A stretch of DNA of 64,000 nucleotides from Ignavibacteria bacterium. Lineage in GTDB: Bacteria > Bacteroidota > Ignavibacteria > Tepidaquicellales > Tepidaquicellaceae. Every line of letters begins with the position of its first letter. Position 1 is the first letter of the stretch. The notes beneath the pieces were generated by a model. It was not told where the DNA came from, ran no database searches, and saw only the letters and a list, made by a program, of their open reading frames with translations. This document shows positions 10,112 through 18,531 of the stretch, in pieces. Made by a program: the position numbers and the translations under genes. The DNA lies in NCBI GenBank assembly GCA_019694675.1, contig JAIBBK010000035.1, forward strand, positions 77,579 through 141,578, given 5' to 3'.

Positions 10112-10877
10112 TACTCATGCACATCTATATTATCCTGAGATCCTCGATCGGCTGGAAGATGTGCTCAAGAGTGCAATAGATTCCGGAATTGGCCGGATAA
10201 TTGCGCCGGCAGTGAATCTTGAGACTTCCCTGAAAGTCCTTGAATTATCAAAAGCAAACAGCGAAATATACTGCGCGCTTGGAATTCATCCTTGCGATGT
10301 GATGAAAGTGAAGGACAATGAACTGGAAGAGATTGAAAGCCTGATCGGTTCCGGCAAAGTTGTGGCTGTCGGGGAGACCGGCCTTGACTATTACTGGGAT
10401 GTGAGCAGTATTGATATTCAGAAGGAGTTCTTCCGAAAGCAGATCAGGATCGCGTCGGAAAATGATCTGCCGGTGATCGTTCATACGCGTAACTCACTTG
10501 ATGACGCCGTGTCAATTATACGTGAGGAATACGGCAGGTATCCGGTGAAGGCGCACTTCCATTGCTTCAGCGGAAACCGTGATCAGCTCAGGGATTGCCT
10601 GTCAATTCCGGGAGTTTACATTTCCTTTTGCGGCAACATAACATACAAGAAATCCGGTATGGATGAAGTTATAGCAGAGGTTCCGCCAGGCAGATTGCTG
10701 AGTGAGACGGACTCCCCTTTCCTTCCTCCCGTTCCGTACAGAGGGAAGGCCAATCAGCCGGCTTATATGATAAAGACGATTGAGAAGATCGCGGAAGTAA
10801 AAGGCACAGATGCCGGAGAGCTTTCTGAGATATTGTCAGAGAACGCCGCAGAATTCTTCCGGTTTGGCAAACATTAG
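10101..10877 (+). CDS. tatD: TatD-family metal-dependent hydrolase
   Basis: LTDTHAHLYYP, VGETGLDYYW, HFHCFSGN and SETDSPFLPP. ATG 10101 is preferred over TTG 10095. Confidence 0.85.
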   Translation: MLTDTHAHLYYPEILDRLEDVLKSAIDSGIGRIIAPAVNLETSLKVLELSKANSEIYCALGIHPCDVMKVKDNELEEIESLIGSGKVVAVGETGLDYYWDVSSIDIQKEFFRKQIRIASENDLPVIVHTRNSLDDAVSIIREEYGRYPVKAHFHCFSGNRDQLRDCLSIPGVYISFCGNITYKKSGMDEVIAEVPPGRLLSETDSPFLPPVPYRGKANQPAYMIKTIEKIAEVKGTDAGELSEILSENAAEFFRFGKH

Positions 10878-10916
10878 TCCTGTGTTAAGAGAATTTTATT
10901 TGAACACTCGGGAACA

Positions 10917-10924
10917 TATATTTG
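10917..10924 (+). promoter_or_regulatory. candidate -7 box (TAnnTTTG) for the proline-rich membrane protein gene
   Basis: TATATTTG, 24 nt upstream of ATG 10949. Confidence 0.3.
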
Positions 10925-10948
10925 ATCAACTAAACTAATTGCTGACAG

Positions 10949-11398
10949 ATGAAGTATTACACATTTCACAGCCAGGACTCGGGCAGCGGAAATTTTCCAC
11001 CACCTCCTCCTCCCGGTTCTGTTCCACCGTCAGGATACAATGTACCTCCACCTCCACCTCCGCCGCCGCCTCCGCCACCTTACGGGCAAAGCCAGCAACC
11101 CGGAGGCATGCAGGGCGGTGCAAGCTCTAACGCGATCATTGCACTTGTTTTGGGTATACTCTCTTATGTTACATGCGGGATCTTTGCAGCCATTCCGGCA
11201 TGGATAGTCGGCAAGAAGGAACTTGCCGAGATTGACGCAGGAAGGTCACCGGAGAACGGCAGGACGCTTGCGAAGATCGGGATGTGGCTTGGGATAATAA
11301 ATGTGATCCTTTCTGTACTCGCCCTGATAATATTCATGATTCTTCTTGCTCTGGGTATGCTCGGTTCGCTGGGGATGGATGATTACAGCATGGTTTAA
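10949..11398 (+). CDS. proline-rich membrane protein with a DUF4190-like C-terminal TM domain
   Basis: 149 aa. The N-terminus carries P6 and P12 runs. It is followed by two hydrophobic segments flanking WIVGKKELAEIDAGRSPENGRTLAKIGMWLG. Confidence 0.7.
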   Translation: MKYYTFHSQDSGSGNFPPPPPPGSVPPSGYNVPPPPPPPPPPPPYGQSQQPGGMQGGASSNAIIALVLGILSYVTCGIFAAIPAWIVGKKELAEIDAGRSPENGRTLAKIGMWLGIINVILSVLALIIFMILLALGMLGSLGMDDYSMV

Positions 11399-11435
11399 AG
11401 ATGTCACTTCTGCTTATAAAAATATGATCAGATAC

Positions 11436-11466
11436 AATGGCAACAACTTGTTGCCATTTTCTTTTT
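11436..11466 (+). terminator. rho-independent terminator after the proline-rich membrane protein gene, ending 3 nt before the dut ATG
   Basis: 10-bp perfect stem AATGGCAACA / TGTTGCCATT (11436-11445 and 11449-11458), loop ACT, then TTCTTTTT. Confidence 0.6.
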
Positions 11467-11468
11467 AG

Positions 11469-11924
11469 ATGAAAGTGAAATTTCGAAAGTTCGACGAATC
11501 GCTTCCGGTGTACGCACCGGAGCATACTACTTCCGGTTCGGCCGGGCTGGATCTTTGTGCAGTAGTGAGCGAACCTGTGACCATTGAACCTGCCGGAAAA
11601 GCCCTGATAGGAACTAATCTCATCATTGAACTGCCTGATGGATTTGAAGGACAGGTGAGGCCGCGAAGCGGCCTTGCGCTCAAATACGGTGTAACCGTAT
11701 TGAATTCGCCGGGCACGGTGGATTCAGACTACAGAGGTGAAGTGAAAGTTCTGCTGATCAATCATGGATCAGAGCCGTTCTTTGTTAAGCCGGGTGACAG
11801 AATTGCACAGCTTGTAATTGCGCGCTACGAAAAGTCTTTCTTCGAACAAAGCGATGAAATTTCTGATACACAAAGAGGCAAAGGCGGATATGGCAGTACG
11901 GGTGTGTCAGCTAATGTAAAGTGA
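11469..11924 (+). CDS. dut: dUTP diphosphatase
   Basis: 151 aa. TSGSAGLDLCA, RPRSGLALKYG, GTVDSDYRGEV and RGKGGYGSTG. Confidence 0.92.
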   Translation: MKVKFRKFDESLPVYAPEHTTSGSAGLDLCAVVSEPVTIEPAGKALIGTNLIIELPDGFEGQVRPRSGLALKYGVTVLNSPGTVDSDYRGEVKVLLINHGSEPFFVKPGDRIAQLVIARYEKSFFEQSDEISDTQRGKGGYGSTGVSANVK

Positions 11925-12592
11925 ACGGCAAACTGAACATAGTGGCAACTCCCATCGGCAACTATGCCGATATGACAGTCCGAGGATTGAGATTGCTGAA
12001 TGAGTCGGACGTCATTGTTTGTGAAGAATTCAAGATTGCGGTAAGGCTTCTTAGGTTCTTCGGAATAAAAAAAGAACTGCTGAGCCTTAATGAGCACAAT
12101 AAGAATGATTCAACTCGGGAAGTTCTTAACTTACTGCTTGAAGGAAAGACGGTCTCTCTGATAAGCGACTGCGGCACTCCGGGATTTGCTGACCCCGGCC
12201 ATGAATTGATATGCAGGTGCATTGAATTTGAGATCGGAATTGAATTCTGCGGAGGGGCAAATTCTGTCATGGCCGCACTTCCGCTCAGCGGGTTCGATAT
12301 AAGCCGTTTCTACTATGCCGGATTTGTTTCACCGAAGTCAGATCAAAGAAGAAGACGGCTCGCAGAATTATCCCGTCTTCAGACGGCAGTTGTTTTGCTC
12401 GAAACACCGTACCGCCTCAGACAAGTACTTAGTGATATCGGAGAGACATTCGGCGGCCGCCCGGTCTTTGCCGGATTTGATCTCACAATGGAATCAGAAA
12501 AGGTTATGCGCGGTACTGCTGCCGGGATACTTGAAGATTTGGGAGAAGACAAAAAAAGAGGTGAGTTCGTAATCATAATAGACAAGCCATGA
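11921..12592 (+). CDS. rsmI: 16S rRNA (cytidine1402-2'-O)-methyltransferase
   Basis: 223 aa. LNIVATPIGN, LISDCGTPGFADPG and LLETPYRL. The GTG start overlaps the dut stop (GTGA). Confidence 0.85.
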   Translation: MNGKLNIVATPIGNYADMTVRGLRLLNESDVIVCEEFKIAVRLLRFFGIKKELLSLNEHNKNDSTREVLNLLLEGKTVSLISDCGTPGFADPGHELICRCIEFEIGIEFCGGANSVMAALPLSGFDISRFYYAGFVSPKSDQRRRRLAELSRLQTAVVLLETPYRLRQVLSDIGETFGGRPVFAGFDLTMESEKVMRGTAAGILEDLGEDKKRGEFVIIIDKP

Positions 12593-13575
12593 TCACTATC
12601 CATGTATACAGCGAAAAGTCCGGTGTAAGAACAATTGATCCTGCCCAGCTTACCAAGTGGGATTATTCCTGTGACGAGAAAATCTGGATTGACATGTATG
12701 AATCAGGAAGCGCGGATTGCGAAAGAATTCTCTCGAAGGTCTTCGGGTTTCATGATTTGCTGATTGAAGATGCACTTAAGTACTCCAGGGACTCTGAAGT
12801 TCATCATCCCAAGATTGACGATTTCGAAAGCTATATGTTCATTGTCTTCAACGGCATTAACAAAGGTGCAACAATCTCAAAGATCAAGTTCTTCTCGCTC
12901 AGTTGTTTTCTCGGGCATAACTTCCTTGTAACAATTCATAACGAGAAGCCTGTAAACTCCGTGGCAGAGTCAGTGCGGAATTCGCTCTCGCCATCGTCTT
13001 TCCGCAAAGGGCCTGACTACTTACTGCATCTTATCTTTGATGCAATAGTTGATAATTATTATCCGATACTGGATGAACTTGAGGAGAAGCTCAACAGCAT
13101 TGAGGAAACAATGTTCAAGAGTGATCCGACAAACAGAGTGCTTGTAACAATACTGAGTCTGAAAAGAGACCTCGTAAAACTGATAAGGTACTCATCATAT
13201 CAGAGAGAAGTGCTCTTCAAACTCACACGTGCAGATTCAGAACTGATATCTCCCGAAGAATCCATCTATTACAGGAATGTCTATGATCACCTTGTGAGGA
13301 TCGCGGATTCTTCGGAATCATACCGCGACTATACTACTTCAGTCCTGGATTCTTATCTGTCTATTGTCAACAACAGGCTCAATGAGACCATGAAATTTCT
13401 GACGTCCGTTGCAACTGTAATGCTTCCTCTCACATTTCTTACCGGACTTTTCGGAATGAACTTTGAGCATATGCCATTCCTCAAGTCCGAATGGGGTTTC
13501 GGACTTACGATACTGACAATGGCTGCTATCGGTTTCGGAATGATCTACTGGTTCAGGAAGAAGAAGATAATGTGA
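12589..13575 (+). CDS. corA: CorA-family magnesium/cobalt transporter
   Basis: 328 aa. Two C-terminal TM helices with the GMN signature (GLFGMNFEHMP). ATGA overlap with rsmI. Confidence 0.88.
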   Translation: MITIHVYSEKSGVRTIDPAQLTKWDYSCDEKIWIDMYESGSADCERILSKVFGFHDLLIEDALKYSRDSEVHHPKIDDFESYMFIVFNGINKGATISKIKFFSLSCFLGHNFLVTIHNEKPVNSVAESVRNSLSPSSFRKGPDYLLHLIFDAIVDNYYPILDELEEKLNSIEETMFKSDPTNRVLVTILSLKRDLVKLIRYSSYQREVLFKLTRADSELISPEESIYYRNVYDHLVRIADSSESYRDYTTSVLDSYLSIVNNRLNETMKFLTSVATVMLPLTFLTGLFGMNFEHMPFLKSEWGFGLTILTMAAIGFGMIYWFRKKKIM

Positions 13576-13580
13576 AGCAT

Positions 13581-14486
13581 TCAGAACTGAAGCGACTCCC
13601 CTTCTGTTTCGGTAAGTCTCCTGAATTCATTGCATATCCTGTAAAAGACCTCTGCTCCCCTTTCCATTTCAATGGACCTTCCGTCAATGCTTCTCACAGG
13701 CGTGAGCTCTCCCATTGTTCCCGTTGTAAAGACGTGATCAGCATTATAGATCTCCGTCAATGATATCCTCCTTTCGTAATTGGCCATTCCGAGTTGTTCT
13801 GCGATTCCAAGCACCAGTCCGCGTGTGATGCCGGGCAAACACGAATCAGGAAGCGGCGTAGCCAGTGCACCGCTCTTCAGCATGAAGATGTTTGTTGCGT
13901 TTGTTTCCGAAACATAACCCGATTCATCGAGCATGAGCGCGTCGTCTGCGCCGTAAAGATTTGCCTGGATCTTTGCCAGAATGTTATTGAGAAGATTGTT
14001 GTGATGTATCTTGGAATCAAGGAACTGCGGGTTGTTTCTCCGGACAGATGCCGTTACAAGCGTTATGCCTTTGGTGTTATCATATACAGGAGGTTTCCAT
14101 TCAGCAAGGACAATCAGACAGCTTCCCTTTGTATTTAATCGCGGGTCCATTCCCGATGTGATCTTTTCACCTCTTGTAAGCGTCAGCCGGATGTGGGCCC
14201 CGTCTCTCATTCCATTCTCTTTCAGAGTGAGATTAACTGCATGGCGGATGAAATCAGTCTCAGGAATATCATCAAACATCAATGCATGAGCAGACTCCCT
14301 GAGCCTGTTCACATGCCTGTCAAAACAGAAGATCCTTCCGTTATAAACGCGGAGTCCTTCCCAGACGGCATCTCCGCCCTGAACAGAACTGTCAAACACG
14401 GAAACCTTTGCATCTTCCCTGTTCCATAGCCTGTCCTTGACAAACACTTTTATATTCTCATTTCTTGGATCAAAATTCTGAAGCAT
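13581..14486 (-). CDS. fold-type IV PLP aminotransferase (BCAT/D-amino-acid aminotransferase-like subgroup)
   Basis: 301 aa. SVFDSSVQGGDAVWEGLRVY, SETNATNIF and CLPGITRG. The start lies 2 nt after the stop of the sulfotransferase-like gene. Confidence 0.75.
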   Translation of the reverse strand: MLQNFDPRNENIKVFVKDRLWNREDAKVSVFDSSVQGGDAVWEGLRVYNGRIFCFDRHVNRLRESAHALMFDDIPETDFIRHAVNLTLKENGMRDGAHIRLTLTRGEKITSGMDPRLNTKGSCLIVLAEWKPPVYDNTKGITLVTASVRRNNPQFLDSKIHHNNLLNNILAKIQANLYGADDALMLDESGYVSETNATNIFMLKSGALATPLPDSCLPGITRGLVLGIAEQLGMANYERRISLTEIYNADHVFTTGTMGELTPVRSIDGRSIEMERGAEVFYRICNEFRRLTETEGESLQF

Positions 14487-14488
14487 GA

Positions 14489-15214
14489 TCAGACTCTAAT
14501 TGAATGATTGAACAGTTCCCTGTAATATTCGAGGCACTCACGGTAAAGTTCTTTCAAATTATCCGGCACCTCCCGTGAATTGATCTCGCCTCCGGCAAAG
14601 CCGGTTGACTGATGTACATTTGCATACCAGTGTTTCGCCCATATTCCGTCTTCGGGCCTTGGACCTGCATTCCAGCTCAGCATCTCTTTCTGAAATCCTA
14701 TTCCAACCGTTTCGCACAATATCTGCAAAGCTTTCCCCGGGTCGCGCAGTATTTCACCTGAATCTATGACGGTCACTCCTATACCGCGCTCATTTAGCTC
14801 ATTGAAGAGTTCGTACTGCATTCTTACTCCAATGTCATTCATATTCACACTCGGCATCACCTGATTATAAGAACTGATAATCCGTTTAGGATCCCTTATG
14901 AGAAGAACATTCTCTACTTCAGAAAGGAACGACCGGTCTATATCAACAAGATGATGTGTCATCTGTTTCATGAACAGAATGTCGCTTTCGAAACCTCCGA
15001 GTATTAAATCGGAGATCACCTTTTCCCCGTCGGATATCATGCTTGAAATAATCTCATCTCTTCCGGGATGGTCTGCGCCTGTAACCCTGAGGTAATGTCC
15101 GTACAATGGTTCGTCCACTACCTGAGTATCACTTCGCTGTGCAAAAGAATACATCAGTGCGGTGGAAATGTTTCTGGGACTTGACCAAAGACAGATTCGC
15201 TTCTTCAAAACCAT
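14489..15214 (-). CDS. sulfotransferase-fold protein of unknown specificity
   Basis: WSSPRNISTALMYSF resembles a 5'-PSB loop and VLLIRDPKRIISS a 3'-PB motif. ATG at 15214 is preferred over TTG at 15235. Confidence 0.55.
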   Translation of the reverse strand: MVLKKRICLWSSPRNISTALMYSFAQRSDTQVVDEPLYGHYLRVTGADHPGRDEIISSMISDGEKVISDLILGGFESDILFMKQMTHHLVDIDRSFLSEVENVLLIRDPKRIISSYNQVMPSVNMNDIGVRMQYELFNELNERGIGVTVIDSGEILRDPGKALQILCETVGIGFQKEMLSWNAGPRPEDGIWAKHWYANVHQSTGFAGGEINSREVPDNLKELYRECLEYYRELFNHSIRV

Positions 15215-15360
15215 GAAATTCTGCAAAGTTAGCAAATATCACTTCAACCTGACACACAAACAGTATGGACAATTGAAGGTCGTTATCTTAAGCAGATGTT
15301 TGTTAATTCACTGTTGCGGATACACGGTTGAATTGATAAACAAAGCCCGATTCGGTATTT

Positions 15361-16368
15361 TTGCAGGTGAAATCAGATTACAAGTCCGCAGGTGTCAATA
15401 TCGCTGAAGGCGAAAAGTTCGTTGACGCCATCAAGCCGATTGTGAGAAAGACCTTTTCCGGCAATGTGCTTAGCGGCATAGGAAACTTCGGTGCGTTTTA
15501 CAGGCCGGAGTTCGCTGTTTATAAGGACCCGGTCCTTGTTTCAAGCATTGACGGAGTGGGTACAAAGCTAAAGATTGCAGCCGCACTCAACAAATACGAT
15601 ACAATAGGTGAAGACCTTGTGAACCACTGCGTGAATGATATTGCCGTATGCGGTGCGGTGCCTATGTTCTTTCTCGATTATTTTGCAACCGGCAAATTAA
15701 TCAATAAGAATGCGGTTCAGGTTGTGAAGGGCCTGGCAAGAGGATGCAAGAACAACGGTTGCTCTCTTATCGGAGGCGAAACTGCCGAGATGCCGGGTGT
15801 TTATGCGGGAGATGATTTTGACCTTGCAGGTTCGATCACAGGCATCGTTGACAGAAAGAGGATCTTGGATTCCTCGAACGTCAAAGCCGGTGATGTTCTT
15901 ATAGGCATCAGGTCAAACGGCCTTCATACAAACGGATTTTCACTTGTCAGAAAGATATTCGGAACAGGCAAAAACCTCGGCAGGAAATTCGGGAAGTTGC
16001 CTCTTCCGCTAGGGAAGGAGTTGCTGAAAGTCCACAGATCGTATCTCAAGGTCATACAGAAAAGCATAAGCCTGTTCAAGGTGTGTTCAATTGCGCACAT
16101 AACCGGAGGCGGGATTGCCGGAAACACCTCCCGCATAATCCCAAAAGGGCTTCACGCTGAAGTGATATGGAATGCATGGAAGCACGGGGAGATCTTCAAT
16201 GTAATAAGATCTGCAGGAGGCGTACCTGAAGAGGATATGAGAAGGACTTTCAATCTTGGCATCGGCCTGGTTTTCATTGTCAGAAAAAATCAGAGCGAAC
16301 AGTTCATGAGATTCCTGATTGCGCAAAAGGAAAGGCCTTCAATGATCGGAAGCGTACAAAGAATTTAA
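15361..16368 (+). CDS. purM: phosphoribosylformylglycinamidine cyclo-ligase (AIR synthetase)
   Basis: 335 aa. SSIDGVGTKLKIA, EDLVNHCVNDIAVCGA and IGGETAEMPGVY. The start is TTG 15361 or GTG 15367. Confidence 0.9.
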   Translation: MQVKSDYKSAGVNIAEGEKFVDAIKPIVRKTFSGNVLSGIGNFGAFYRPEFAVYKDPVLVSSIDGVGTKLKIAAALNKYDTIGEDLVNHCVNDIAVCGAVPMFFLDYFATGKLINKNAVQVVKGLARGCKNNGCSLIGGETAEMPGVYAGDDFDLAGSITGIVDRKRILDSSNVKAGDVLIGIRSNGLHTNGFSLVRKIFGTGKNLGRKFGKLPLPLGKELLKVHRSYLKVIQKSISLFKVCSIAHITGGGIAGNTSRIIPKGLHAEVIWNAWKHGEIFNVIRSAGGVPEEDMRRTFNLGIGLVFIVRKNQSEQFMRFLIAQKERPSMIGSVQRI

Positions 16369-16397
16369 ACACAACATTACAACATAAGGAGTATCAA

Positions 16398-17774
16398 ATG
16401 ACCACAGCAACACAGACAAGAACTGTTGACCTCGCCAAGCTTAAGGTTGAGGAAAGATCAGAGCTCATCAATGCCGTTAATGTGCAGGACGTATTGCGAA
16501 AGTACATGCTCGTTGACGGATTTGATGTGACCGTTGATCTCCATAAGTCAAAGGGCTCATACATTCATGATGCAAAGAGCGGGAAGAGCTATCTGGACTT
16601 CTTCACTTATGTTGCTTCACATCCTCTTGGCATGAATCACCCCGCACTTGACAACAACGAGTTCATCAGCGAGATCGGTAAGATCGCCGTCAATAAACCT
16701 TCCTTGTCAGACATCTATACGGAAGTTCAGGCGAAGTTCGTTTCTGAATTCTTCAGGATAGCCGTTCCTCCTTATTTCAAATACAGTTTCTTCATTGAAG
16801 GAGGCGCGCTTGCCGTTGAGAATGCGCTCAAGACTGCATTCGACTGGAAGGTCAGAAAAAATTTCAGGAAAGGATACAAGGAAGAGAAAGGCCATCAGGT
16901 GATGCATTTCAGGGAAGCATTCCACGGAAGAAGCGGCTACACGCTTTCACTTACTAACACCGATCCTACAAAGATCCTGTACTTCCCGAAGTTCAACTGG
17001 CCCAGGATCGATAATCCGAAAGTCACTTACCCGCTCAACGAAGAAAACCTTGCGGCTGTGATGAGGGCTGAGGAAACAGCAGTGGCACAGATCAAGGATG
17101 CACTCATGAAGAACAAGGACGATATCGCATGCCTTATCCTCGAGCCTATCCAGGGTGAAGGCGGTGACAATCATTTCAGGAAGGAATTCTTTGTGAAACT
17201 CCGTGAACTTTGTGATGAGAATGAAATGCTGATGATACTTGATGAAGTCCAGACAGGCATTGCAATGACCGGGAGGATGTGGGCTCACATGCATTACGTT
17301 CAGCCCGACATTATTTCATTCGGAAAGAAGACACAGGTATGCGGAATACTTTCAACCGACAGGGTTGATGATGTTGAAGAGAATGTGTTCAGAAAGGCAA
17401 GCCGCATTAACTCCACCTGGGGCGGTAACATGGTTGATATGAAGAGGTTTACCAAGATTCTCGAAATAATTGAAAGAGAGAACCTTGTAGAGAACTGTGA
17501 TGTTCAGGGCCGGTACTTGCAGGAGAAGATTCAAGCGCTTTCCGAAAAGTATCCTGAGAAACTGTCCAACGGGAGAGGCCTCGGGCTCTTCTGCGCATTT
17601 GACTGCAGGGATACCGAGATGCGAAACAAGGTTACTGCAGAGGCAATGAAGAACGGCCTGCTGATCCTCGGTTCAGGGAACAGGTCAGTGAGATTCAGGC
17701 CGCCCATAAATATTTCAAAGAGCGAGATTGATGAGGGAATGGGAATACTTGACAAAGTGATCTCCGCGCTTTGA
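16398..17774 (+). CDS. lat: L-lysine 6-transaminase (class III aminotransferase)
   Basis: 458 aa. FHGRSGYTLSLTNTDPTK, EPIQGEGGDNHF, FGKKTQVCG and STWGGNMVDM match my recollection of actinomycete and Flavobacterium Lat. One of the few genes here with an AAGGAG Shine-Dalgarno sequence. Confidence 0.85.
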   Translation: MTTATQTRTVDLAKLKVEERSELINAVNVQDVLRKYMLVDGFDVTVDLHKSKGSYIHDAKSGKSYLDFFTYVASHPLGMNHPALDNNEFISEIGKIAVNKPSLSDIYTEVQAKFVSEFFRIAVPPYFKYSFFIEGGALAVENALKTAFDWKVRKNFRKGYKEEKGHQVMHFREAFHGRSGYTLSLTNTDPTKILYFPKFNWPRIDNPKVTYPLNEENLAAVMRAEETAVAQIKDALMKNKDDIACLILEPIQGEGGDNHFRKEFFVKLRELCDENEMLMILDEVQTGIAMTGRMWAHMHYVQPDIISFGKKTQVCGILSTDRVDDVEENVFRKASRINSTWGGNMVDMKRFTKILEIIERENLVENCDVQGRYLQEKIQALSEKYPEKLSNGRGLGLFCAFDCRDTEMRNKVTAEAMKNGLLILGSGNRSVRFRPPINISKSEIDEGMGILDKVISAL

Positions 17775-17801
17775 CCAGTGAAATGAAAATTACAGTTCTG
17801 T

Positions 17802-18272
17802 ATGGTCGCAGACGATATTAAGAAGCAGTTCATAGGTTATCTGAAGAAGAAAGCTCACAGAATAACTAATGAGCGATTCCTGATACTTGATTCGGCCGTG
17901 AATATGAATGTTCATTTTGATGCAGACGAGCTTTATCTCAAAATGAAAAATGAATACTTAAACGTCTCCCGTGCCACGGTCTACAAGACCCTTGAGCTCA
18001 TGAGCGAATGCGGAATACTCACAAAGCACAATTTCAAAGGAGACAGGACCAGGTATGAAACGAGAATCGGCAGGAAGATGCACTATCATCTGATCTGCAC
18101 ATTGTGCAGCAAGATCTTTGAGTTCGAGAACCCGGCAATCCAGAAGATCCAGGACAAGCTTTGCAGGGAGAACAATCTGATGAACGTTGACCATACTTTT
18201 CAGGTGTTTGCCAGATGTGAGAACGAAAAGGAGTGTAAGTTCAAGGAAGCAAAGAACATCTCTTTGCGTTAA
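17802..18272 (+). CDS. fur: Fur-family transcriptional regulator
   Basis: 156 aa. N-terminal winged-helix-like region, then HYHLICTLCSKIFEF (CxxC) and a second Cys pair near the C-terminus. Lies directly upstream of feoAB. Confidence 0.8.
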   Translation: MVADDIKKQFIGYLKKKAHRITNERFLILDSAVNMNVHFDADELYLKMKNEYLNVSRATVYKTLELMSECGILTKHNFKGDRTRYETRIGRKMHYHLICTLCSKIFEFENPAIQKIQDKLCRENNLMNVDHTFQVFARCENEKECKFKEAKNISLR

Positions 18273-18294
18273 TTATGCGGACTAAGTCTTAATA

Positions 18295-18531
18295 ATGTTA
18301 ATGAAGAATGCTGCGCAGCTTAAGCCGGGCGAGATCGCCGTTATCATTGACGTTGACAATGATCATCCGTCATCGCACAGGATCCTTGAGATCGGGTTCA
18401 CTCCGGGGCAGGAGATCCAGTTCATTAGCGGGGCGCTGTTCAACGATCCCATGGCTTTTTCCATAAGAGGGTCAATTGTTGCTATAAGAAAAAATGAAGC
18501 ATCATGTATTCTGATCAAACCGAAACACTGA
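18295..18531 (+). CDS. feoA: ferrous iron transport protein A
   Basis: 78 aa. Small SH3-like FeoA pattern (LKPGEIAVI ... LEIGFTPGQEI). Immediately precedes feoB and overlaps it by 28 nt. Confidence 0.8.
   Translation: MLMKNAAQLKPGEIAVIIDVDNDHPSSHRILEIGFTPGQEIQFISGALFNDPMAFSIRGSIVAIRKNEASCILIKPKH

Noticed and set aside
11045-11080. The (CCN)12 stretch as a phase-variable simple sequence repeat
   Set aside because: The codons are mixed (CCT, CCA, CCG), not a perfect tandem repeat. The tract is in frame within a plausible protein, so slipped-strand switching is unlikely.
15236-15360. Riboswitch or leader candidates upstream of purM, and likewise upstream of asnB (29925..30035), the cysK-like gene (31701..31806) and pdxH (57283..57471)
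   Set aside because: I could not recognise the conserved cores of purine, ZTP, SAM, T-box or PLP-related elements in these spacers. They are AT-rich with no extended nested helices. An Infernal scan would be decisive.
15356-15363. TATTTTTG -7-like box in front of purM
   Set aside because: It overlaps the only possible purM start codons (TTG 15361 and GTG 15367), so it cannot serve as that gene's promoter. It serves as a caution on the specificity of the motif.
17775-17801. Possible Fur boxes upstream of fur (AATGAAAATTACAGT) and at the fur/feoA junction (AATAATGTTAATG, 18281..18293)
   Set aside because: They match only about 10 of 15 and 10 of 13 positions against the enterobacterial GATAATGATAATCATTATC consensus, in AT-rich sequence. 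The second overlaps the feoA start codon within a 22-nt gap. This is too weak to call without a lineage-specific Fur motif.
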